Shown here piece by piece: positions 35,403 through 42,808 of a DNA stretch of 64,000 bases. Origin of the DNA: Candidatus Poribacteria bacterium. GTDB lineage: Bacteria; Poribacteria; WGA-4E; WGA-3G. The DNA is taken from positions 40,100 to 104,099 of the forward strand of contig JAJEJA010000088.1 of assembly GCA_022828145.1 (NCBI GenBank). The letters are read 5' to 3'. Made by a program: the position numbers and the translations under genes. The notes under the pieces are model-generated. The model was not told the origin of the DNA and did not search any database. It worked only from the letters and a program-made list of their open reading frames with translations. Position 1 is the stretch's first letter. Every line of letters begins with the position of its first letter.

Positions 35403-36272
35403 ATGAAACGTCTACGAAATATATTCGTGTTAATCTTACTTGTTCTATCCACACCCGCTTGGGCATGGTGGGGTGGTGGACACGACATACTTACGCAAGC
35501 TACTATTAAAACACTCCCAGATGAGATGCCAGAATTCTTCCGTTCTGCAACTGCAGAGAAAATGATAGCACATTGTGCTTATGATCCCGATGTGTCAAAA
35601 GAACGTTATGCACCCCATGCACGGGCAGCTGAGTATGGTGAACATTACTTTGATCTTGAGCTTATCAAAGATAACCCAGTGCCTGAGAATCGAGATGAAT
35701 TTCTGAAACTCTGTGCCAAGATGGAGCTTGAGCCAAGAAAGGTTGGACTTTTACCTTATGCAGTAGCTGAATATACAGAACGACTCGCTGTTGCTTTTGC
35801 AGAATACCGAAAATGGCCAGATAATCCAATTATTCAATACAAGTGTTATGTTTACGCAGGATTCTTGGCACATTATGCACAGGATATGTGTCAACCTTTG
35901 CACTTAACTGTGCACTTTGACGGAATCGTTCAAGAAGACGGTTCAAAGTTACATGCAGGAATCCATGAAAAGGTTGATGCATCAATTGAAGTTTTGAAAC
36001 TTGATCCGAACAAACTTTCCAAAGGACAAGAGGTCAAACCTGTCAAGGAATTAATGCCAGCTATTGTTGAGCAGATGAAAATTGGGAATAACTTAGTAGA
36101 TCGCGTCTATCAGCTTGTTCAGGATTATCAAGACCTGCAAAACCCATCTGAAGAACTGCTTGAATTTACGAATAGTCTCTCACGGGAAGGCGTTCAGTGG
36201 ACAGCTTCACTTTACCTTACAGCCTGGCAGTTATCTGATGAGATCAAGCTTCCGGGTTGGCTTGAACGTTAA
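35403..36272 (+). CDS. Secreted S1/P1-nuclease / zinc phospholipase-C superfamily-like protein
   Basis: 289-aa ORF with signal 'IFVLILLVLSTPAWA'. The mature N-terminus 'WWGGGHDILTQ', then 'HYFDLE' and 'AHYAQDMCQPLH', resemble the W-G-x-x-G-H and H-x-x-x-D-x-x-Q-P-L-H metal-ligand motifs of S1/P1 nucleases. Confidence 0.55.
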   Translation: MKRLRNIFVLILLVLSTPAWAWWGGGHDILTQATIKTLPDEMPEFFRSATAEKMIAHCAYDPDVSKERYAPHARAAEYGEHYFDLELIKDNPVPENRDEFLKLCAKMELEPRKVGLLPYAVAEYTERLAVAFAEYRKWPDNPIIQYKCYVYAGFLAHYAQDMCQPLHLTVHFDGIVQEDGSKLHAGIHEKVDASIEVLKLDPNKLSKGQEVKPVKELMPAIVEQMKIGNNLVDRVYQLVQDYQDLQNPSEELLEFTNSLSREGVQWTASLYLTAWQLSDEIKLPGWLER

Positions 36273-36346
36273 TCTGTGTCATTTTATAGCTTAAGGTTTG
36301 AGAAAATGCCTTGACGTCTGAAAACTTTCATGGTATTCTATTTAGC

Positions 36347-36610
36347 ATGCAAGTAACGAACAAACTACCAAATATTGAGCCAGATGCTGTTTTTGAATTA
36401 GGAGAACTCGGATGTGGCGACCTTATCGTGGCATTATTGAAAGCGATGAGGACACTTGAAACAGGACAGATTGCACAAGTCCATGCTGTTGACCCCGGTG
36501 CACCTGTGGATATAGCAGCATGGTGTAACATGATAGGCAATGACCTTCTCGCAGACTGTTGCGGTGAAGACAGTGCCTATTTTTATATTAAAAAAGGAGA
36601 TAGAACATAA
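36347..36610 (+). CDS. TusA/SirA-like small sulfur-carrier family protein (non-canonical Cys motif)
   Basis: Based on ORF 36311-36610 (TTG), with ATG 36347 preferred. 'LGELGCGDLIVALLKAMRTLETGQIAQVHAVDPGAPVDIAAWC' has TusA-like topology, but 'CGDL' replaces the CPxP motif. Confidence 0.55.
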   Translation: MQVTNKLPNIEPDAVFELGELGCGDLIVALLKAMRTLETGQIAQVHAVDPGAPVDIAAWCNMIGNDLLADCCGEDSAYFYIKKGDRT

Positions 36611-36969
36611 TGTCTAAACTGATGATAAGCATTACGCACGCAAGAGATAACACCGACAAAGCAACTGTCGGTTTTGTTGTTGCAAATGCTTCTGTAGCCT
36701 CTGGTGTTGAAACCGTTGTTTTTCTTAGCACAGAAGGTGTACATTTATCACAAGATGGATACGCAGATGATATACACGAAGAAGGTTTCGCACCGTTGAA
36801 ACAACTCATGACAGACTTTGTTGAGGTAGGTGGAATAATTTGGGTCTGTTCACCATGTTTCAAAAAGCGGAACCTTGATGAGGAAAACCTTGTAGAGAGT
36901 GCAGTCATTGTTGGGGGTGCTAAGGCTGTTGAGTTTTTAATTACGGGCGGATCAAGTCTAACCTATTGA
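36610..36969 (+). CDS. DsrE/DsrF-like family protein
   Basis: 119-aa ORF whose ATG overlaps the upstream TAA stop codon ('taATG'). 'KATVGFVVANASVASG', 'VVFLSTEGV', 'IWVCSPC' and 'VGGAKAVEFL' are present. Confidence 0.7.
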   Translation: MSKLMISITHARDNTDKATVGFVVANASVASGVETVVFLSTEGVHLSQDGYADDIHEEGFAPLKQLMTDFVEVGGIIWVCSPCFKKRNLDEENLVESAVIVGGAKAVEFLITGGSSLTY

Positions 36970-37280
36970 ACTATGAAAAAGGAGTTTCTGCTATGCCTGG
37001 CAGGAATTCTAATAAGGGTTCGGCTGAATCCCAAACCAGAACAGAGAGTTTCCCTCCGATTATGGAAAAGGTTTCCTTACGAAAGTAAATTGTGCATGGT
37101 TGATACACTGCCAACTTTTTTCCAAAGGAGGGATACTCATTCATATTCCTAAAAGACACACTTTAAAAAAGATATAATTCATCAGTCCTGCCAAAAACTT
37201 CCTACAGTCCATTCTAATATATATCAACACTTAGGATTCACATCTTACAATTCAATTACAATCCCAGGGTATTAATATCA

Positions 37281-38021
37281 ATGCGAGAAGAAGATTTACA
37301 AGCACCTGAAAGTCTACAGACATTACATATCTGTGAAGGTGGAAACCTTGATTGTGGTTCCGGTCTACTGCTCCTGATTCGGAAATCGATGGAAAAAGTG
37401 CCAGATGGTGATGTGTTGGAGATCCGCAGTACAGAGATTAGTGTCAAGGAGGATCTCCCTGCGTGGTGTCGTATGACAGAAAATCCCTATCTCGGGTGGA
37501 GACCTGCACCATTACATAACAAGTATTTCGTTCAACGCGGTGAAGCAGAACAGGATGCTGATGCTGCTTATGCTCAAGCGCGAGATTATAAATGGCAGAC
37601 TCGTATCCATTGGGATGGGGGTCTACAAGCGAAGGTATTCTGTAGAAATCATTCGTGGTCGGTAGGTCAACCTGCGAGTTTTGATGTGCGTGATGCTGCT
37701 CCGAGTGCTGTTGAGTATGTCTTAGGTGCACTCGGTGCATGTTTGGCAATGGGTTTCCAGATTCGCGCATCTCAGCAGAAGATTGAGATAGATGAGTTGG
37801 AGATTTCCTTGAGTGGACAGATTGATAACATTTTCGTTTTTCTCGGAACTGAACAGGACGGACATAGCGGTTTTAAAGCGGTGCGTGGTACGATCTATGT
37901 CGCATCTGATGCGGATGATGAGATTCTGGAGACGTTGTGGGAGGAAACCCTTGCTGCTTCGCCAGTGACGAATACTCTGACTCGTGATGTTGATATTGAT
38001 GTTGAGCTGCGAGTGGTGTAA
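37281..38021 (+). CDS. Fusion protein: TusA-like N-terminal domain + OsmC/Ohr-like C-terminal domain
   Basis: 246-aa ORF. N-terminal 'LDCGSGLLLLIRKSMEKVPDGDVLEIRSTEISVKEDLPAWC' is TusA-like. C-terminal 'PSAVEYVLGALGACLAMGF' is an OsmC-like signature. Confidence 0.65.
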   Translation: MREEDLQAPESLQTLHICEGGNLDCGSGLLLLIRKSMEKVPDGDVLEIRSTEISVKEDLPAWCRMTENPYLGWRPAPLHNKYFVQRGEAEQDADAAYAQARDYKWQTRIHWDGGLQAKVFCRNHSWSVGQPASFDVRDAAPSAVEYVLGALGACLAMGFQIRASQQKIEIDELEISLSGQIDNIFVFLGTEQDGHSGFKAVRGTIYVASDADDEILETLWEETLAASPVTNTLTRDVDIDVELRVV

Positions 38022-38087
38022 GGGAAAATCCTAAATCGCATTGATTCTGCTTTGAATAGTCTACAGACAGAATAAGACGTGGTTTTT

Positions 38088-39098
38088 TTAAAACTCAGAC
38101 TCATAGAAGTCTATATCTAATGCTTCCATATAATCCTTGAGTGCTTTTTCATCTTCACCTATACTCCTGTAAGCGTCGCCGCGCTGATAGTACGCACAGG
38201 ACTCATTGGGTTCCAATTCTATCACTTCTGAAAGATCCGCGATAGCTAAGTCAGGCTTCCCCTTTTTACTGTAAGCCATTCCACGAAGCAGGATTGCATC
38301 AGCATCCTCTGAATTACGCTCAATCGCACTATTACAGTCTACAATCACAGACTCATAATCCTCTATCCTGAAATATACAGTTGCACGTTTGATATAATGT
38401 TTGGTATCATTAGGTGCTAATTCTATTACTATCTGAAAGTCTTCAATGGCGGATTTATCGTCGCTTAGACGTAGGTAAGAACCTCCGCGAAGGTCATAAG
38501 CATCAGCATAATTCGGTTTTAGTTTTAATACTTTTGTATAGTCTGCAATTGCCTTTTTCTCTTGTCCCTTACTGCTATAAGCCTTACCACGGGCGACATA
38601 GATTTCAGCATTGTCAGGCTTCAGTCGTATTGCCTTACTATAGTCTTTAATTGCCATATCAAACTCGTCTTTGCTGGCGTATACATTTCCCCGAACAACA
38701 TAAGCCTCAGCAACAGCAGGGTCAAGTTCTATTGCTTTGTCAAGGTCCTTGATAGCAAGATCTAATTTGTTAAAAATGAAGTTTGCGTTCCCTCGATGAA
38801 AGTATGCCTCGGCGTAGTCGGGGTCATGTTGAATTGCCTGTGTGAAGTTTTTAATTGCATTGTAAGTAAAACCTTTCCCATCGTATGCGAGTCCACAACC
38901 AAGATATGCTCTTGCAGGGTTGCACGTGCGGGAAATAGCATCGGTAAAGTCTTTAATAGCATAATCATACTCCCCCAGCTTATGGTAGACCTCTCCACGG
39001 TTGATATAGTTCATAGCAAAGTCGGGTCTCTTACGAATGGCTTTGCTAAAGTGTTTGGCAGCTTCTTCATAGTGTGCCATCTGAGATTCATTTGCCAT
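38088..39098 (-). CDS. Cytoplasmic TPR repeat protein
   Basis: 336-aa ORF with no signal peptide and about nine 34-aa units ('YDxAIxDxxKAIxLxPxxAEAYxxRGxxY'). Confidence 0.85.
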   Translation of the reverse strand: MANESQMAHYEEAAKHFSKAIRKRPDFAMNYINRGEVYHKLGEYDYAIKDFTDAISRTCNPARAYLGCGLAYDGKGFTYNAIKNFTQAIQHDPDYAEAYFHRGNANFIFNKLDLAIKDLDKAIELDPAVAEAYVVRGNVYASKDEFDMAIKDYSKAIRLKPDNAEIYVARGKAYSSKGQEKKAIADYTKVLKLKPNYADAYDLRGGSYLRLSDDKSAIEDFQIVIELAPNDTKHYIKRATVYFRIEDYESVIVDCNSAIERNSEDADAILLRGMAYSKKGKPDLAIADLSEVIELEPNESCAYYQRGDAYRSIGEDEKALKDYMEALDIDFYESEF

Positions 39099-39328
39099 TT
39101 CCTATATCTCCTTTCTGCTTTTGGACTATACCATCATTAATCATCTTGTAGAATTGTATGTGGTTACTTAGATTAACTGTACGGAATTTGAACATTCACA
39201 TCACTTAACATTTTTATTTTGCTTGTTTGAAAATGATACCATATAAAGAGAAAACTTGCAATGGTATCATTACATAATTTCTGTACATAAACTTTAGGTG
39301 TCAATTTAGTGAAAAACGTTAGTGCGTT

Positions 39329-39500
39329 GATACACCTTTCGCCCCTCTGGGGCTTGCTATTGGTTGGAATTAATGCGGACTATACACCTTTCGCCTCTCT
39401 GAGACTTTGGAAAATCACATATCAGCATCATCGGTGCGGAAGGTGTATATAGAACACGAATCCCGGAAAACCCAAGCCCCAGCGATGCAAAAGGTATGGG
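39329..39500. repeat. Nested inverted repeats (arrangement > > < <) of a ~25-nt unit 'ATACACCTTTCGCCxCTCTGxGxCT'
   Basis: Copies lie at 39329-39356 and 39380-39408 (direct) and at 39433-39452 and 39471-39500 (inverted). The outer and inner pairs can each base-pair. Confidence 0.6.
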
Positions 39501-39571
39501 ACTAAAATCGGTCTTATATAGCTTACCCAACCAAAGGGAATATCCTGAAACTGACGCATTATGTGTTTGTA

Positions 39572-39728
39572 GTAAGAAACACAATCAAGGATGAATGTGC
39601 TACAAAGATGCACAATCTAACAGAATGTGCTACAAAGATGCACAATCTAACAGAATGTGCTACACAAAGATGCACAATCAAGGATGAATGTGCTACAAAA
39701 GAGGCACAATCTAACAGAATGTGCTACA
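39572..39728 (+). repeat. Tandem array of five ~31-nt units of the GCACA-N11/12-TGTGC-TACA dyad motif
   Basis: Units are of two subtypes, 'gcacaatctaacagaatgtgctaca' and 'acacaatcaaggatgaatgtgctaca', and are contiguous with no unique spacers. Confidence 0.85.
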
Positions 39729-39771
39729 GCAGTATGAAGTATTTTCCTGTACAGAGAACCTTTATTCACAG

Positions 39772-39800
39772 TTGTTTTTTTGACAAGTTTCTGATACAAT
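39772..39800 (+). promoter_or_regulatory. sigma70-like promoter upstream of the 39901 gene
   Basis: TTGTTT (39772-39777), 17-bp spacer, TACAAT (39795-39800). The segment 'gtttctgatacaatatc' is nearly identical to the tsaD promoter segment 'gtttctgatataatatc' (58591-58607). Confidence 0.45.
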
Positions 39801-39900
39801 ATCAGATAAGACTTCACAAACAAAAAAGTAACTTGCTTTTTGTAAGTACTATAAGGGACGACAACCTCTAATAATTTGTCTATTTAAGGAAAAATTTAGA

Positions 39901-40158
39901 ATGAAACATTCAATTTGGACTGAAGCCGATTCCCGTAAAGTCAAACAGATATGGGACACATATCAAAAGCAACATAATCTTTCTGAACGTATTGGACAGA
40001 CAGCGGGAATAGATCCGAAAAGTAGTCGTATTTGGTTCGGAGATTCAATTCAAGCGATAGTTCAACAAAGAGACAGAGAAGGCTTGGACTCTCCACTGTT
40101 CTTTCAGCGGGTTGGTGATGAAACCTATTTTCGAAAGGGAGGACAGATCATTGTATAA
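39901..40158 (+). CDS. Small hypothetical protein (85 aa)
   Basis: ATG start with 'aaggaaaaa' upstream. I recognise no motif. Its 3' end overlaps the next ORF by about 41 nt. Confidence 0.5.
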   Translation: MKHSIWTEADSRKVKQIWDTYQKQHNLSERIGQTAGIDPKSSRIWFGDSIQAIVQQRDREGLDSPLFFQRVGDETYFRKGGQIIV

Positions 40159-41317
40159 TTTACCCGCATTTCCCGTGACTGTAGTCGGTAGCATGCCGCG
40201 TTCGAAAGCAGTTTCACGGGCATTAAGAGATAAACAGAAGGGACGCGTCACAGATGCTGAATTTAACGCAATTGCTGACGAGGCTGTGATTGAAAGTCTC
40301 AAATCACAAGAAGCTGATGGTGTTGACATCGTGAGCGATGGAGAACAACGACGTGATAACTTCTATTCCTTCATTACTGGATGTATGGACGGTATCCGGT
40401 TGATGACGCTTGCTGAGATGTTGGACTACGTGGAAGATAAAGCTGCTTTTGAACAACTCCTCAATGCATTAGATGTCCCCGCTTTCGCCTTAAAGAATCC
40501 TGTCGTTGATGGCAAAATAAGTCGTTCCTCATCACTTGTATTGCAAGACTACCTATTTTTAAAAGAGCATACAACGAAACCTATAAAAGTCACGCTACCC
40601 GGTCCCTATCTGTTAACCCGTTCAATGTGGGTAAAGAAATTGTCCTACGACTTCTATCCCGATAAAGAATCATTAGGAGATGATGTCGTATCAGTGCTGA
40701 GGCAAGAGGTGTTGGATTTACAGAATGCGGGTTGTGAATTTGTGCAGTTTGATGAACCTGTGCTTACCGAGGTTGCTTTTACAGGTCCCCACGAAACACA
40801 TTCGTTTATGTGTGCTGCGTTATCAGAGAAGAGCAGTCCGGAGGAAGAACTCAATTTTGCTGTAGAACTGATAAATCGCGTTGTTGATGGTGTTGATGGT
40901 AAAATGAAAACTGCTCTTCATGTCTGTCGTGGCAACTGGAGTCAAGAAGAGGATGTACTCCTGCGCGGATCTTACGACCTACTTATTCCGTATTTCAGTC
41001 AGATGCATGTCAATCAGTTGGTATTAGAATATGCGACTGAACGTGCTGGGAGTATTGATGTTCTTGGAGAACTTCCACCAGATAAAGAGATCGGATTAGG
41101 TGTGGTTGATCCACGTACGACTGAGGTTGAACCTGTTGACTTTGTCTTAGGGAAAGTTCGCAACTTACTAAAACATCGCGAACCTGAACAGATATATCTA
41201 AATCCAGATTGCGGGTTCGGTACATTTGCTGACCGACCCGTCAATTCTGCTGAGATTGCATCTAAAAAACTACAAGTGATACATGAAGCAGCGGAAATCC
41301 TGCGGTCCGAAATTTAA
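40118..41317 (+). CDS. Cobalamin-independent methionine synthase (MetE C-terminal domain, COG0620-like) family protein
   Basis: Based on ORF 40112-41317, with ATG 40118 the first ATG. 'LPAFPVTVVGSMPRS' is present, along with zinc-ligand contexts 'LHVCRGNW' and 'LNPDCGFG'. Confidence 0.8.
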   Translation: MKPIFEREDRSLYNLPAFPVTVVGSMPRSKAVSRALRDKQKGRVTDAEFNAIADEAVIESLKSQEADGVDIVSDGEQRRDNFYSFITGCMDGIRLMTLAEMLDYVEDKAAFEQLLNALDVPAFALKNPVVDGKISRSSSLVLQDYLFLKEHTTKPIKVTLPGPYLLTRSMWVKKLSYDFYPDKESLGDDVVSVLRQEVLDLQNAGCEFVQFDEPVLTEVAFTGPHETHSFMCAALSEKSSPEEELNFAVELINRVVDGVDGKMKTALHVCRGNWSQEEDVLLRGSYDLLIPYFSQMHVNQLVLEYATERAGSIDVLGELPPDKEIGLGVVDPRTTEVEPVDFVLGKVRNLLKHREPEQIYLNPDCGFGTFADRPVNSAEIASKKLQVIHEAAEILRSEI

Positions 41318-41397
41318 GGCTGTTAAGATTTAACTATCTTTTTTTGCTGTAGATTATCAGTTAAGTAGGAACGAGTGGAAGGGTGGGTTGTGTTTTT

Positions 41398-41513
41398 CAG
41401 AAGAGGCACAATCTAACAGAATGTGATACAAAAGAGGCACAATCTAACAGAATGTGATACAAAAGAGGCACAATCTAACAGAATGTGATACAAGCACAAG
41501 CTAACAGAATGTC
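41398..41513 (+). repeat. Tandem array of about 3.7 units of the 31-nt dyad motif
   Basis: Three copies of 'aaagaggcacaatctaacagaatgtgataca' are followed by a truncated copy. Confidence 0.85.
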
Positions 41514-41579
41514 TATTATTGGTGAAGGTATTGAAGGTTTAGTGACAAAAACTTTACACACCCGAATTGGAATCCGCGC

Positions 41580-41608
41580 TTGTGTATTCTGTCATTTTAT
41601 GCTACAAT
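41580..41608 (+). promoter_or_regulatory. sigma70-like promoter upstream of the 41669 gene
   Basis: TTGTGT (41580-41585), 17-bp spacer, TACAAT (41603-41608). Confidence 0.4.
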
Positions 41609-41668
41609 CTCAGTTGAATGGGATGGACATCTGAATCAATAAACTATTAGTGAAAGGAGAGCATCGTT

Positions 41669-42757
41669 TTGATACATCTATATGGAGAAAACTATGAGAG
41701 AATGCAACTCTTACGGCACATTGGAGACATCTCTCAGGTTGCGGAAGCTAAAATAATCCAACTCAATGATGGCAATGAGAAGGGAACAGACGCAATCGGT
41801 TTTCGTACGGGGTCAGGGTTAAACTTCACTGTCCTGACAAACCGTGGTCTTGATATCTCTTATGCGGATTATAAGGGTATACCGTTATGTTGGCGATCTG
41901 GAACTGGGGATGTGACAGCAGCACATTACGAACCCCATGAAGATGGATGGTTACGCGGCTTTTATGGTGGATTACTTACAACGTGTGGTATGACACAAGC
42001 AGGTGCAAAAAACGTTGATGAGGATGAAGCACTCGGTCTACACGGTAGAGCTTCATATATCCCCGCAAAAAATGTATGGGTTGATAGCCGATGGGAAGGT
42101 GACCGATACATTTTATGGGCACAAGGTAAAATCACTGAAACAAGGGCGTTAGGTGAACATCTATGCAGAACGCGCCGAATCTGGACTGAATTAGGATCGA
42201 ATAAGATACATATTGAAGATATTATTGAAAATCTTGGTTACAAAGACTCGCCCCTCATGTATTTATTCCATATAAATGTAGGTTTCCCAATACTTGCAGA
42301 TGGCAGCGAACTCTTAGCGCCATCATCTCAAGTCACACCTCGCGATGAACATGCCAAGGATAACCTATCAAACTATAACTGCGGCGAACCTCCCACTGTT
42401 GATTTCAAGGAGCAGGTATACTATCATCAGATGGAACCTGATGTTGACAACCATATCCGTGTTGCACTCGTGAACCGAAGTTTCAATGATAATAAAGGTA
42501 TAGGCATAGCAGTCCGATACCATAAGACGCAGTTTCCTCACTTTGTGCAATGGAAATTGTGTAGTCAAGGAAACTATGTAATGGGTTTAGAACCTTCAAA
42601 TTGCAGGGTTGATGGAAGAGCATCAGAACGTGAACACGGTTCGCTACAACACATTGAACCTGGTGGCAGACGCCACTACGAAGTCGAAATAAGTGTGTTA
42701 ACCTCAAATGATGAGATTAACGCACTTGAAAAGAAAATTACAGATAACAGGAAATAA
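41669..42757 (+). CDS. DUF4432 / aldose-1-epimerase-like (galactose mutarotase fold) protein
   Basis: 362-aa ORF with a TTG start 8 nt after 'aaaggaga'. The N-terminal pattern 'LRHIGDISQVAEAKIIQLNDGNEKGTDAIGFRTGSGLNFTVLTNRGLDISYADYKG' matches my memory of DUF4432. Confidence 0.65.
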   Translation: MIHLYGENYERMQLLRHIGDISQVAEAKIIQLNDGNEKGTDAIGFRTGSGLNFTVLTNRGLDISYADYKGIPLCWRSGTGDVTAAHYEPHEDGWLRGFYGGLLTTCGMTQAGAKNVDEDEALGLHGRASYIPAKNVWVDSRWEGDRYILWAQGKITETRALGEHLCRTRRIWTELGSNKIHIEDIIENLGYKDSPLMYLFHINVGFPILADGSELLAPSSQVTPRDEHAKDNLSNYNCGEPPTVDFKEQVYYHQMEPDVDNHIRVALVNRSFNDNKGIGIAVRYHKTQFPHFVQWKLCSQGNYVMGLEPSNCRVDGRASEREHGSLQHIEPGGRRHYEVEISVLTSNDEINALEKKITDNRK

Positions 42758-42808
42758 TATGATATCCATAAAGGATATAAGAATTGTCCCTTCTAAGGAG
42801 AAATAATA

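Noticed and set aside
36971-37159. 62-aa minus-strand ORF in the dsrE/tusA-osmC gap
   Set aside because: It has no SD, an unremarkable composition, and lies antisense to the better-supported small + strand ORF. It is kept only as background.
39572-39728. Possible CRISPR or minisatellite-encoded peptide in the 31-nt arrays (also 41398-41513). The + strand ORF 39563-39871 (102 aa) runs through the array.
   Set aside because: The units are contiguous with no spacers. The ORF's repetitive 'ECATKMHNLT' translation is a by-product of the repeat, it has no SD, and it continues into promoter-like AT-rich DNA.
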